This document shows, in pieces, positions 23,491 through 38,088 of a stretch of 64,000 nt of DNA (position 1 is its first letter; the number at the start of each line of letters is the position of its first letter). Source of the stretch: Lama glama. Taxonomy: Eukaryota. Both the position numbers and the translations under genes were made by a program. The stretch covers positions 78,680,001 to 78,744,000 of the forward strand of contig CM052816.1 of assembly GCA_028534125.1 (NCBI GenBank), read 5' to 3'. Under the pieces are notes generated by a model. That model was not told the origin of the DNA. It worked only from the letters and a program-made list of their open reading frames with translations, and searched no databases.

Positions 23491-26400
23491 AATCAGATTA
23501 AATAATAAACAATCTACTCTGTGTTATTTGACCTCTCTTTCACCTGGACAAAAAGATAACCATACCTACATTGTAAGCTTAGGGAAAACTGACATAAAGG
23601 ATTTGTACAAAGTAGGCCCTTGATAAATGCTGATTAAGATCATTATGACCATTATGACTCTCTCTACTAGAAGTTCAGTGCCAAGAGAGCAGAACCATCT
23701 CCTTGATTCATTGATGTAGCCTCCTTGCCTAGCACAGTGCCTGCACAGGAAGGCACCCAATCCATATTTGTTGAATAGTCCATCTTAACAACCACTGTTG
23801 TTGTTACACTGGGAGGAAACCACACACTTTCAAAAACATTTGGACTAGGTTACTGTATGAATGACAAGCACTAAAGTTGCCTTTGTTTAAAATACTCTGA
23901 AATTTCTGACTCATCAATTTTGGTGGCTCTTCCCTCAGTTAATCCAAAAGAGTGAGGTTCCTTCTACCTTGAAGGAGAGACAGACCTTGCAGGGAAAGAG
24001 TGACCCAGCATCTCCTGGAGCTTTATTTCGGGCACTGGGAGGTCATCAGAGCTGGGCAGGGGGCCAGCATACCTCCACTACTCACCCCAGGAGCACCCCT
24101 CCCTCCATCCCTTCCTCTCCCTCCCCAACTCCTTTATTATTTTCCCTCTTCAGGGAACAGGACTCACTCCTGCAGATGAACCTATGTAAGTAATTGCTAT
24201 AGTCCTACTGGTCCACATGTTAACAGGATGAGCAAATCAACGGAAAACTAAACGCAGAGAAGGGAATGGGAAAAGGGAGTGGGGTCTAAGTGCTTATGAT
24301 GCAAATCGTGAGATCAATTTAGTAGGTCATGATTAGTACTTTTATCCATTAATGAAAGAGGATAAATAGAAAACGTAAAGGTTAGAGTGCATCCCAGGTG
24401 GTAAAGGAAAATATCATTTTGTGAAACTTTTTTCAGTTGTGTAGGTGTGTGTTTGTGTGTGGCCAGGGCATAGTGTAAAACACATCTGTATTTTATTTGT
24501 AGGTTCTGGCTTAAAAAAAAAAGTTTGCAAATACTGGTAGGTATCCCCATTCAGTTATCAGCAGGGGCTTTAAGAAGGAACCACGAGCTTGGTCTTCCCT
24601 GCCTCTCACCCTGCTTCGCATCACCTTGGGCTGCCCACCCTCCACACCCATGAACTTATTCCGTCTCACGAGTGGAGACTGCAGAAACGAGCGTGCTGCT
24701 CTCTGGTAGCTAGCCAAGTCATTCCAACTTCTCTGGACACTACAGTGAGGGAAGAAAATGCAGAAGAGGTCCACTTCATGGAATTTTGAGCATTTAATCA
24801 GTGATTCTTAGTGAATAGAGTTACAGCATCTCCACACAGATCTGCAAAGGATTTTGTGGAATTCAGTCAATTAAGTCACAAGTATTTTTATGTGGGTTTT
24901 CACCCTGGCTAGCATTTCCTTTGCATGAGGGTTGTTCACAGTATCACAAAACTTGACATTTCATTTGCTGCTAAGCACAACTTAGTTTTCTGAGGTTATA
25001 CCACAGGGAGGCAAGGAAGCTTCCTTACACATTTAGCACTTGCAATGGCATATAATTTGTCAGGCAAATTGAATTTTTAATTTGACCCTTATGACTTGTC
25101 AACAAAAGTCGTTTTGAGCCCCAGCGTTCACTGGTTAAACGCTCTCTCAAAAGACTGTTAAGTAGAAAAATGAGTGGAGGGGACGCTGTTATCAGTAGCA
25201 GCAAAAGTCATATCATAAATCACCTTTTCTTCTCAGTCTGGTAGGACTAAGCAGACAACTCCATCCCCTGGCTCTAGACAACCTTGAAAATGAACTTTCA
25301 CAGGGGGGAAACTGAGGCCCAACTTCAACTGCTGCTACCTCTGATTATCTGAAAGCTTCTGGGCCCTTCTCCGTCACCATTAGAGGGAGACTGCTTCTCC
25401 TGGCTCACTAGCTGGTGAGGCCCTCTGAGCGGGCAAGCTTTGCCGTTCTCCACACCAAGTAGTCTTAACCATCCAACAGACTCGTCACAGCCCAGTACAG
25501 CCCTGCAATGGTCCCAGTGACGCACTCTGTCGAGGAACCCAGCACTCGAACGTCCTCTCTGTCTCTGCAAGGTCCCCCCTCTCTGAAGGGCCAGCTCTGA
25601 GGTTCACGTCTCACAGGCCACAGCTGCCGGTGCAAGGCCCGCCGAGGGCTGACTGAGATACCACTTTCCCCCGCACACCAGCCCATCCTTTGCTCATGGT
25701 ATTGGAATGTGCCGCACAATGTGCTTTTTTGAAGAGCAACCAGGGAGTAATTCATCTTCTTTATGTGTGCTAAGCAGAGCAAGAGGGAGAGGCGAGCGGG
25801 ACCCACGATGGGCTGGGTAGGAGTGATTAGTAACAGCTGACAGCCTCGGACCAAGACCCTTTCTTTGGTTACCTCATTGTAACAGCCAAGCACAAAGGAA
25901 TGACTGTCTTCTTGCCAAGACTTAGAAACCCAGGACCACAAAATAGCAGCTAAAAGATAAAGTGTGGGTTGGGTAGTGGGGGCAAGGAAGGGGCCGATCA
26001 GACCAATCTTGGTCATACCTGTAGAGCCTGGTCTTGAGAAAGAACCTCTACAATGTGGAAAGATGCACCAAGAATCAGTGGACCCTCAACCAGCCCCCAT
26101 CAGGGGCACTGGTGTGAATGGGGAAAGTAGGTCACTTCACTCGGAGCAGAAAGAGAGCAGCAAATTGCTTTGGTTTAATGAGAGGAAGTTCTTTGAGGGC
26201 CAGAGCTCCAGCCCCCTCTGCCTTTTCTTCCCCCAAAGAATCACGATTTACAACCAACCACCAGATGAGGTGTTTGCAATTTCCGTAACAGCCTCTTTGA
26301 CTTTGGGTTGTCTAACTTGCTACGGAAAAGAACTTTACGTTCTGGACCTCGTGCAACTTTCTAAAGGAGATGGTGATCAAGACAGCATGTTTTCTAACTG

Positions 26401-28394
26401 GCAGGATGCTGACTGGGACTGAGTTCCACACCGGGCCAGACTTGTTTGGAGTTAATCAAAGGTTGTTACAGGTTGACGGCAGAATATGGCAGACCTAAGG
26501 GGTGCTCTTTCTTCCCATGGAAGACCTGTCCTTCAAGCAAAAAAGGCATTGAAAGCCTCCTAGAAACTGAAAGCAACATATGGACATTAAAACCCAAATC
26601 TGTCTGGCCCAGATTCCCAGAACAGTTGAAGCAGGAATGAGATTCCAGGCCTTGAAATAAGACTGGGAAGCAGCAGACATTGCTGGGGCCAAAGGAGTCC
26701 TACAAACTGTGCCACCCAAGGTCCTCCCTCCCCTCTAATCCCCTACCATCAAATGATTCTGGGACCATAGTCCAACCTGAAAACTCCAAAATGAACTGAG
26801 GTTAAGTCTGTTGCCTGAAACTTCAATTAAGATTTTCCAAATGGTGTATTTCTTAAAATAATAATAATAATAGTAGTAATAATAATAATAACTGAGAGTA
26901 AAACATGTTCATCTCAGCTATTTTCTGAATTAAACCCTGAATGGAGAATCTTATATACTATATAAAAGAATAAAATTTAAAAAAAATTTAAGTCCATGTT
27001 TTGGCCATTTGAGAGTTTGCAGCATCAAGTCTTTGGGGATGGAGCTGAGGTTGAAGAGAAGAGGAGGAGATTGTGGAGTTAAGAGACTTGAGGGAATAAG
27101 AGAGAAGAGGAGAGAAAAGAGAAAGAAAGGGCGACTTAAAAGCACAGACGTCTGGAATGGAGAAAAAGTTCAGAAGGTGCTTTTATCTCAGTCAGCATAT
27201 TTCTTGGGCTGTGGCCAACACCCCCCACCCCCCTTTCAGTTCTATTAGTTTTCTCAGCATTTAAAAGTTCATCAATTGTTCTTATCTAATCTGTAAAGGA
27301 ATAGTCGCACCCAGGGAGTGAGAGATTATGCTCCCGCTACCTGACCCAGACAAGAAAGCAGTATCAATTCACGGAGTGAAAAAGACTGTAAACTCTGGAA
27401 CTAATGGGCTTCCCTCATCTCTGCCTTACGTGTAAGGAAGAGAACATTCTCTCCTTGGAACAGGAAAAGCTGCATTTTTGCCCCCAAGGCCAAGGGCGAC
27501 AATGGAACTGAATGATTCCTGATATATTCCGCAAGAAGTGGCACAACTCTTGACAACTTTTTTCCTTCTACAGGAGGGAGCCGTTTCTGCAAATTCTACT
27601 TTAGTTTTGTAACATCAGTTTCATATTTTGATGGGTTTTTTTTTAAGGGGTATTTAGGAATTTCCAAAAATTCTCCAAAGAAAATTACGGGCAGTCCCTT
27701 ACATCAAATCTCACTTACCCTGAGTAGATTTCAGGGATGGAGAAGGCTGTCAAAGAAAAGATGTGGAAATGACATTTGGCTGGTTTGAGACTGATGTTGC
27801 ATGCATTGGACTGGTCGTGTTATTCTCTAACTTGTAATTTAGGGATGGGGGTTGGGTAACAGTACAGTCACCAGAGTGTTTGGAAAAAAACACACAGTTG
27901 AGTAAAATCTGGTAACACAAAATGGCAAAGAGAAAGAGAGAGAGAATGAACTGGGGACATTGTTGTTAAACAGGAATATGGTATAAAAGATCTATTAATA
28001 AGGTAAAGAACAGCGGGTACAAAATCATTGATTTCAAATGACTCTGACCGCTCCATCACAAACAATGGAAAGAGGCTGTAAGGTAGTGAAGTTATATTAA
28101 GGGCAACTTACTTCTTTTGAATGTGGCTATATTGATTACTTCTACAATTAAAATTTTCTCATGTATTCATGTATTCATTCAACTTTCATTAATGCTCTGG
28201 CCAAAGACACACTCATTAGGGCCCTCATGTACTTAGTAATAAGTAGGACTTAAAAATATATTACTTAAAACAGCCCTGAACAAATAAAATGCATGAAATT
28301 ATCCAGTAGAATGATTTGGAATGGAATTGAGAGGAAAACAAGGAAATTTGTTGGTAGATATTGGAAGGAAATGGTTGTAGTAAGCTGTAGCGTT

Positions 28395-28575
28395 TGCTTG
28401 GTTTGAATCCTGGCTCCCTCACTTACTAGCTTGTGACCGGTGGAGATATGTAACCTCTCAGTCTCTCAGTAAAGGAGGGATAATAATAGTATTTACTTCA
28501 TAGGATTGTTCTGAGGATTAAATAGGTTCAGCATGTGATGCTTTACTTAGAACAATAGCTGGCACATATCATAGC
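28395..28575 (+). mobile_element. MIR SINE (a second, oppositely oriented MIR at ~28690-28870)
   Basis: ggtttgaatcctggctccctcacttactagcttgtgacc...ttcataggattgttctgaggattaaat. Confidence 0.75.
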
Positions 28576-30074
28576 CATGATGATGGTGATTTTTTCTTTG
28601 TTTTTTCAAAATATTTTTAGGTCTGAAAGACTCCTTGGAACACCGCTGTAAAGTGTGAGAAGTCAGTAAATAAAATTAGACCCTTTATTTCCAGGCACAT
28701 GCTAAGTGCTTTTTCTGATTTAATCCTCCCAAACCACCTGCATGGCTGGGACTTAACAATGGTCAGTTCCCATGCACAGATTAGGAAACTGGGAGGTGAA
28801 ATCACGTGCTCAGGATCACAAAGCTCGTAAGTGGCAACTGCTGGCATCTGAAATCAAATGTTTCCACCCCCATAACCCACTGTTTACAGCTACTGCCCTG
28901 GAGATTCTTTGTGAAATAGTCTTCTTTGCACTGGACTTGTATCAATTGTTGATTTGCAATCGATTCGCCTAATGGGGAATTCTGACAATGATCTGTTAAA
29001 TTCACATTTGAAGGGATGTCACATATCATGGTAAGAAGTTGTGTGCGCATAAAACGGTGAGGCTGAGTGGCGACTGTCAAAGCAGTGGGCAGTCTGCACC
29101 AGATTTCGTCTGACATCTTATTGAACTGGGGAGTCATAACATGTCGACTGTATCCAGAAGTTAATATACTGAGGGATATCCTAAATCAAAGAAGAAAAAA
29201 GAAACCTCAGCCATGAATAATTACCTACTGCCAAGGCCTCGGCTATTTCCTAGAACTCCCAGGGCTCTCAGTGAGGCTGCAGCACCCCCTCCACCCCATG
29301 CCCTTTAGAGTGTTGGCTATCAAACTCTCTGAGCCCCTCCGTGATGACGTGCACCATCTCCTAGGCTTGCTCTTCATTGTTGAGCAGCTTTGATATAAAA
29401 AAAAAAACAACAGTGCTTAGAAAGAACTGAAATCTGGTTCTTTATAACTCTTTTCCCTTAAGATAAATTTTTGTTTCTGGAGAAACACAGAGCAAGTCTG
29501 GTCCACATGTACCAGAGGGACCTTGGTCATCTTTCCCCCAGACTAAATACACACCGCTTGTTCAACTGACCCCCACATATCACTGTTTTCAGATGTTCGC
29601 CAACCTGTAATCCTTCCCCCTGCCGACCAGTCAGGGCCCGCACGCTCTGATCCAAAACTTCTTTTCTCAGCTTCATTTCCTACTAGAGCTTACCCCATTC
29701 ATCTTGGCAACCTACACTACTCAATATTCCCTAGACAAGTCTTGAGTTTTCCTGTCTCTGCATCTTTGCTTTCAAGGCTTCCCCTGCTCTTGTCCTCATT
29801 TCCTGTGGAAATCCTACCGCCAGTCCAGCTCCTGAATTCCCACAGCACTTTCTTTGTGTTTCTTGGCGTCACAGCTGGCTTTGTTTTACAGTCGTGTGCA
29901 TACCTGTTGGGCTCTCCATTAACATTTTCAACTCCTTGAGGCTAGAGACGGGCCATGTCTCTTCACATCTTTATTCTGCACACCGGTTAGAACATTGTCT
30001 GTCCAAAACAGGAGTCCAATAGACATGTCTTGGATTGGATTCAACACCCTCTCAGTAGCTACTCTGCTTTGTCA

Positions 30075-30560
30075 AAAGGTGCTCCCGAATGTGCTCGGCA
30101 CTCAACAAACTACTGCCGATGCAGTGTGAGCACTGCAGAGTACAGTGAACTATTAATAATTCTCCTGAGGAAGCACACGACTATATTCATTCTTTTTTAG
30201 CCATCACATCCTACTGTTGGTTCACATTAAGCTTTTAGTCACATGAACTGCTGCCAAGCTCCCTCGCTCCCCATCCTGCAATTGCGCAATAGCCTTTTGA
30301 ATCGAAAAGCAGAAATGTGCGTTTATCCCCTGCTCAACTTCATCTTGTTGGTTTCCATCCAGCATTGCAGCCTATTGAAGTCATTCTGAATCGTGCCCAT
30401 AGGCATACGTGGTAGAAGCCATTTTGGGGGGCTTTATATCATCTGAAAACACAATGTAGGTGCCTTCTAGGTCTTTAAGTTGTTGATAAAAATGTGGAAC
30501 AGGACAGGGTATTTTTAAATACACTAGAGTACTTTACCAGGTATCTTTCCAGGCTGACGT
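30075..30560 (-). mobile_element. L3/CR1 LINE fragment (RT region), preceded by an L2 remnant at ~29740-30040
   Basis: tttatcccctgctcaacttcatcttgttggtttc...atcatctgaaaac...ttgttgataaaaatgtggaacaggacaggg resembles the recalled CR1/L3 reverse strand. Confidence 0.7.
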
Positions 30561-33500
30561 GGAGCCTTAAACGCTCCTTAGGTCTAAATGTTCAGTCAAT
30601 TTCAAGTCCTTTTCACTGTTTCATTATGCCTTATCTTTTTTTTGTCAAAGGTATTGTAGAAGACTCAAATTTTCAGAATAAACAAAATAAATTGTATCAG
30701 GAATTCCACAGCCAGATGTTATTATAGAAAGGGAATATTTTTAAGACATAAAAAGATTCCTTGTACTATAGGAAACTATTACAAGATGCCTTGTGAGAAT
30801 ACAGTAAGCCTGACTTTGTAACTTTAGGAAATAACTCTCCTTCCCTAAAACTGTCAGTAGAAAAAAAAAATCTAGAAAATTATACGCTGATAAATTTCTT
30901 TCTCTACTAAATGGGAATGTGATATCATTTGGGTAGGGATGTAAATACATCAAGGATTAACACAAACAGAAGCTATGCATATGAGAAAGAAAAAGCATAA
31001 TGATTATTTTAGACTTCAGGAAAGTTCATTAGATAACTCACTGGCAAATAATTCTGCATGTGTTACACTGATCATTGGAAAGTCCATTATATAGAAATAC
31101 ATGCCTTTAATTCATCTTCACTTTTACTCCTTCCACCAATAACATATCGGTTTTTTATCTCCAGGTTATAGTCTTTCAATTCTAAATATACATTATGGTC
31201 TGTGTCTATTGCTATATGACCAGTGACTATGAATTACAATAGGGACTCAATAGATATTTTGTTGAATAAATGATGACTGACAAAGTCTGCAAATTCACTA
31301 GGTGAGATAGAATTAAGCAACTGTCCACAAATCACTGAGTTATTTATGTAACATCTAGTGTCACAGGAGCTTGTCACTGTAGCAAGGGCTGAGCTGCAAA
31401 GGTACAAACAGTAGTTTCTGTTCTCAAGGAGTTCTTTCATCGAGTAGACAAGTCATATTCTCACCAAATAATCAAATGATCAACCACGTGTGACATAAAA
31501 AGTTAAGTGCACAAGTATGGAGAAAGTGTGGGAATACTTAGTTCCCGTGGAGAAAAGACTTTAATCACAGGCAGTAACATTAAGGCATCAAATGCACTTT
31601 AGCTTTATAAACTGATCCCGTACAAATCTAGTGGCCACACCACTTAAGGCGCTAGAGATGGAGAAGAGAGAGAGCGTTTGTGACAAACAGATCTTAGTTT
31701 GAACACAAGTTCAGCCGCTTACTGGCAGGGACACCTTGGGAAGTTTCCTCATCTGAAAAAGAGAATAATAATGACCTTACAGAAGGAGTAACAAGTATGT
31801 GTGCTCAAGGCCCCACATGTCTTTTAGATTCACAACTGCTAGCAATTGTTATGCAGGTGAAATTTAAAAAGTCACTGACCAATCAGAGAATAAATCTACA
31901 ATCAAGATCATCACTTCACCACTTTGAGGTAGAAGAGACTAAACATGATCTTAATGGCAATACCAATGTTCTCATACATCTTCAGCTTCAGATGTAAATC
32001 ACACACTGTTTGGTCAATTTTTAAGGAATTACCATGTGCCAGGCTCTGTCCCAGACTAAGAAAACCATGTAGCACTGTCTAATTTGCACACATCCTAATG
32101 CTATGGAAACCTGATTGTAGAGAACATAATCCCATGGGGAATCTGCAAACACCCTTGGAAACCAAGTCTGTTATCAAAAAGCCAAAATTAAATGCTTAAA
32201 ACTGGGGCTAGGCCATGGCTAAGAAGACTGAGTCCAAGAAACAAGAGGTTCAATAATGTACAAAATGACACCACTAGTTAGTGGTGAGACTAGGACAGAA
32301 TCAAAACTTCACCGTGGGCTTTCGCAAAGCAATTTAAAGTTCTGTCTTAGCATACCAATCTGAAACCAGTGAAGTCTGCGACAAACTTTTCCCAGTCTTG
32401 GAAGGTTATGAGCCATTTTTGGCAAATGGGTTTTTCACTGTAACATAGAAAAAAAAAGCAACTTTAATCGTTTACTCAGGGTCAGCCACAAGCAGCTTTC
32501 TTGTTCAGGAATACTGACAAGCTGCAGCCAGCCTGTCCTAGGAAGTAGCAAATCAGCTGAAAGGACGCAAAGTAACACACAACACGGATCTCTGAAACTG
32601 GCTACGAATCAGTGACAAAGCCCAGGCGTGGTCACTGATGAGGGCACCATCAGATGACCTGGACCAAATGGAGGAAATGATCCTCCGGGCACAACCCAGA
32701 TGCGCAATCAAGGAAGGATCTTGCAACAGATATTCTCCAGCAAGGAAGCCATAGGTCCTTTGAACTTGATGTTTACAGTACTGAAGCAGATCCAAGAGTG
32801 GCAGTAATCACCCACACTGGTCCAGTGCCTACACACTCACAGCACGCCCACAGCTGCAATCCTAGCTGAACTTACCTCAGAGTCCCCGACGTGGCATGGA
32901 CGACAAATATTTCTAATTCTATCCTTACCATTATTTCCACTCTATTGATAAGCCTTGAATGCCAAAGTGACTTTCTCCACAGTGAGTCAGTGCTGCGACT
33001 GGTATAAAATCAGTCTGATGTCTCCAGAGTGTGCTCTTAAGAACCAAACAGGGATTACCGCAAATAAATGCAGCCAGAGGGAGACTTGTGGTCTTTGATC
33101 CTAGACTCTGCAGAATTAAACATCTCATCTCTCTGCAGAGTAAAGACATCCAGGGTCTGGAGACTCTGTCTAGCAGCCCTGTGACTTCCTTCTCCAGCAC
33201 CTGGCACAGCTGACTGGCGGGGCTCAATACTGAATGCAGCGACAACCTCAACCAGACAATAGCCGCTGTACACGACTCAGAGCACAGAAGCGACGTGGAC
33301 ACGGAAGGGAATGAAGCATGAGAACTTATGGCAGATGCTGTCAGGACTATTTACTGTGTATTCGGTGAAAGCGCAGAGCTAGACAAGGTTTGACAGGGAA
33401 CATAAAGGAGGTGGTGCAGGGCCTGCGCCCTGAGATGTGTATGGACAGTCTTATCGAGGCCACAGCACGTGTAAACGCCTCGGGAGTGCTTGTGGAATAA

Positions 33501-35869
33501 CTTTCAAGTGAGCAGAGGGAGGCGAAGTGTGTAAAGAAGGTGAATGGGCTAGCCATCCCTGGGGAATCAGCGCACATGCTACACAAACACGCCCCTTAAT
33601 CCACCAGTGGTGTTCGGTGAGAACATTTCCACCGGCTTCTCGGAGCACGGTGCATTTCCCGGCAGCACAGTCTTCTCTGTGCTCCTGAAGAGGCCCTGGA
33701 GGCGCATATGAACCCCCGCAGAGGAAGATTCTGACATTAAAGCTGATGAATAAGAAAACATGAACATTTTCCTTTTTTTCCTACAGAACCATCCTTGGCT
33801 CATTTGAAAGAAATTTATTGAGCGCTTATTGTATGTCAGGCCCAGAGTAACAGACAGAAGTGTTCCCCAGGGCTTGCCCTCAATGCCCCCGGGCCGGCGG
33901 GGAGCCCGGCGTCCTGTCCCGGCAGGCAGGGCAGTGCTGGGTGAGCCACATTCCGGGGGGTGGGAAAGGAGGCCCGCGTGTGCGGCGGAAGAAAAGAGGA
34001 GACGCTGGGGAAGGGGCTCCTGGGGACTGTAATAACCTATAAGCTGGAGTTCTGGCAACACTTTTGACTTTGCTGTCGGGACAACCAGAAAAGCACATTT
34101 AGAAAGAAGGAGCAATTTTAGTGCCAAATCAGATTTGCCTGTGCATGTTTACCAGATCGGACTCCGGGAGCCAAGGATTTAGTAGTGGTGTCGTCAGAAC
34201 CAATAAATAGGTTAGGAGAACTCAGGGGTAAATGTGGAGTCAGAGGTTAGGTATTTATGTGAACACTGGAGCACATCGAAGGCATGAAGGCTGTTGAAAT
34301 TCTAATTACGAGACATGCAATAACCCCAATTTTGAAAACTAGTACCCCTCGCAATGCTGCCAAACACCTAGCATCTGCTCAAATCTATTACGAACCATTT
34401 CCTCGGGGAGGAACGTGAAAGAATTGCAAGCAGCTGCCGAGAAGCGTGCTAGCCGGGGATGCCACTTCCACGCCGCAGATTTATGTGCGAACTGATTCAG
34501 TAAGAAGCACCATCACTGACCATGGCCAGGCCACAAAATGGACGAGGAATTCAGTCACACAGCACATGAGAAGTCAGTGCTGCTAAGAGGTCATACAACA
34601 ACTTAAGTACATCTTAGAAAATGCATTAACAAGCAAACTAGCAAATCAACCAGACATCTCACATTTGCTTATGAAACTGTACCTCTGCTCTCTAGTGGCA
34701 GCATTTCAATTTTCAGTACCCTCACCGTAACCATTGCCAAGCCTGCAATTTACAGAAGCCTTGTCAGTGGCTCTAATTTGACTTTTCAAGGTTTTGACTT
34801 TATATTGTTTACTGGTACCTAAGAATTGTCCTTGGTGAAATTTTCTTCCACTGTGCATGTACCTCCTAGAATCAGTATGTGATGAGAATAATAAAGCCAT
34901 GTGATATGGCAGTGTTAGGAACACTCAGCTATATTGGGTTACTTTCCTTTTACTAAACATTTTAGGCCAGTTCTTGCTCCCTGGGTAACTATGGGAATTC
35001 TCTGGGCGTGCATAAGACGTGAATCTAGCTCTTTGTGTCTGTAACTGTACACCTGCTATTGATGCAAAGGATGAAAAGAAAAATACCAAATACACATTGT
35101 TCTATTTTTAAGCTGTTGTACTCAGTTCCAAGGAAGGGAAAGATGCCCTTTCTCCCCTTGAAAGTTATCGAGGGCCAGTTATTCTGCTGTGGTGTAAATT
35201 CAATTTCCAAACTTTGAAGACAGATGATCTTAAGCACTGAGGGAGAAAGTACGGGGTGTGTGTGTGTGTGTACGTGTGTGTGCATACCAGTTGGAGCTGG
35301 GGGTGCCAAAACCTTTCCTCACATCCGGAAATGCCTATCAGGGAAGCAAACTAGCTGGCAATCAGAAACTCCCACATAATGTTCACTGTTTTAAACGGCA
35401 CACACTCTCATGTCCTAGGGCAGAATTGCATGCCAATACTGTAGCTTTAGAAGGCACGCCACCAAATATTAACTGAAAGATTGAATCAGCAAATCTTTCC
35501 AGGAAAAGCATGGCAAAACTCTCTTTGCCTTTTTTTTTTTTTAAACAACTGCATAAATTGGCAGGAGGATGCAACATTTCTCTAAGTCAGGATTCCAAAT
35601 GTTGGCTTTTCTGGTCTGATGCTGCTTACGGAAGCAGTAGAATAGTTTCAGGAGGACCTGGGTCACCTTGGAACTTTGACCCTCTTCCCTCCTGTATTAA
35701 CCTCCCTGAAAAATGTTATGCAGGGTGTAACACTTTTTTACAGGAAAACGGAGACTTTCATGACTTTTTCTAAAATAACTAAAGACTCTCTGGGATCTCA
35801 AAAAATGATGGCTGCTGGCTCCCAGGGATAGAGTACCAAACAAAAATGGTCCCTCACTTTCTTGAAACT

Positions 35870-36375
35870 GACAGTTGGCTGGAGGAGGTGGAGCATGACA
35901 ATGGGGTCACCGGATTGCATAGCCCGGGTAGGAAAGGTTTCCTGGAGGAAGTGACATCCAAGATAAGACCTGAGGGTCAGGAGGGGTTTCAGGTAAAGAA
36001 AAGAGTCCAAGCAGACATGGGGGGAAGGCAGTGAGAAATGAGCTGCAAAGAGATAAGCAGGAGCCATACAAGACATGCTCAGAATTCTGACCTTTACTTC
36101 AAAAGCAAAGTGGGGGATAGGCTCAGAATTGGGTTTTAGCAAGACCATACCGTCTCCATGTAAAAAAGCAGGTCAGGAAAGGGCAAGTCCCGGGGGTGGG
36201 GGAAGCAGGCCGGGAGACCAGTGAGGGCACTGCCGATGAAGATTAGGATTGAGATGGTGCCGTCTGGACTTGGTGGAGGGGAGGCCAGAGCCAGAAGTCA
36301 GAGTTAAGGAGGTAGAATCAACAAGTCTAGGGGTAGGGGGGAGCTGGAGTGTCAGAATTTCTGATTTAGCCTGTA
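35870..36375 (-). mobile_element. L2 LINE fragment
   Basis: ggaaaggtttcctggaggaagtgacatc...ttaaggaggtagaatcaacaag...agaatttctgatttag. Confidence 0.7.
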
Positions 36376-37980
36376 TTTTCTGCATTCCCTTTGATTTAGA
36401 AAAAAACACAACTCTTTAATAGTTTCCTACTGTTCCTAAATCTAAAATGGCTGCATTCTCCTCCACGTTTGTGTTCTTTCACCAGGGATACATTTATTCT
36501 ATTTGTACACATTGTCTTCATAATAATGAACCAGCTCTGTAAAATCTCAGTAACTTGAAAAGGACCTGTGGGTCCTTTCCAGGCAGGGAGACAGGCTCAG
36601 AATTATGAAGTCTTTACTGTGTCTTTAAGCTTATTTTGCAGATGATTCTAGTGTTCATACACCTGGCAACACATCTTCCATCTGGGAAACAAAAATTTTT
36701 TTGAGTCTAAAGAAGCAATCACATTGTCAAAAGTGGCCTAACTCAATAGCCTTTGGCCACTCGAATTTTACTTCAGCTCCTAAAAGCTGTAGTTACTAAG
36801 GCTCTTCAAGGCCTCTTTCCAATACAGATTTCTACTGCTTTATCTATCTATGACTCTCTTGACCAAAAGACCATAGTCTGGGGGACAGAGGAAGATGGTA
36901 AACAACACCAGCGAGGGGTGATCAGCAAAATCCAACATGCGGAATACTAATTTTACACGGGGAACAATCTGTTCTCTTCAAAAAATAAATTGCAAAGGAA
37001 AAGGGTGGAAAAGATAGAGACATAAAGAAAGAGAAACAGGGAGAGAGACATATACAGAGACAGAGAGACAGAAGGACCCTATTGATCATGAGATTTAAAA
37101 GAAACACAAAACAAATTCAAATCAACAAATTGTAAAAAAAAAAAAAAGAGGGAGAAAAGAAATGGGGATTTTTGAAAACTGGATGATATTAAGAGATTAT
37201 TGTTAATTATTAAACAAGTGATAATGGGCGTTATGGTTATGTGTAGGGAAAACACTTCTCTTTTAGACCCGAATGACTCCAACAGAAACCAGACTTTCCA
37301 TCAGGCTATAAAAGTCCCTAGCCTGTATTCAGAAAAGATGACTTTCACTTTCATCCCAGAGCTGGAGGTCAGGGCAGAAACAGTGGACAAGTTTCCCTAA
37401 CATTTAATCTACTTTCCTCACCTGCCTCTACATGAAGAGTTGGATGCCCCAGATGAAAACAGCAAGGTAGACTGACATTCCCAAACTCTACTTTCACACT
37501 TGCCCAGCTATTTAATCCTGAAAGGGAACTGAAAGTGAAATCGAGCTTCCTAAAAGATTGAGTCAAATTTTAAATGTGCTAAAGTAATCCACGGTGAATC
37601 ATTCTATAACGTATTATTTTTGGAAAACACAATTCTTCTCCATCAGGAAGGCACATCTCCCTCAAGAGCTGGGGAGCAGGGGAAACGAGTATCAGAACGT
37701 GTATCTTTAAAGCCCTTTTAAGCAATGCACGTTTACGAGGCTCCTTCTGCTCCCCCCACGCCAACAAAAACAAAAATAAGGGATTATATTAGTTCCTTAA
37801 GAAGAGTGATTTTTCCCTCTCAAGTTGGGACTGGAAACATTTTGAGAATCATTGATCTGGACTTCACTTTAGGGTATTTTCTCAAAATGAAGTCTGCCTG
37901 ATCTTTCAACACAGTCAGGGTTTGTTTTAGAACAAATATGTTAGAAAGAAGTTCCTGAAAGAGTTAGGAATATCTTTCTT

Positions 37981-38088
37981 TTTTATTTTTTAAATTTAAT
38001 TATCTTTTTAATGGAAGTAGTGGGAACTGAACCCAGGACCTCATGCATGCTAAGCATGTGCTCTACCACTTAAGCTATACCCTCCCCC
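37981..38088 (-). mobile_element. Camelid tRNA-derived SINE (Vic-1-like)
   Basis: Reverse complement GGGGAGGGTATAGCTTAAGTGGTAGAGCACATGCTTAGCATGCATGAGGTCCTGGGTTCAG (Pol III A/B boxes); TSD atatctttctttt on both sides. Confidence 0.9.

Noticed and set aside
25325..26422. Overlapping 183-aa (-) and 152-aa (+) ORFs in intron 3
   Set aside because: No recognisable homology, no splice or processed-pseudogene hallmarks; expected by chance in a GC-richer patch.
32607..32690. Hairpin ATCAGTGAC...GTCACTGAT overlapping CTGATGAG, resembling a hammerhead ribozyme core (also CTGATGAG at ~62622)
   Set aside because: No stem II closed by a properly placed CGAAA and no stem III/NUH pairing that I could build.
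33579..34127. 182-aa minus-strand ORF
   Set aside because: Explained by the local GC-rich patch and a repeat remnant; no protein family resemblance.
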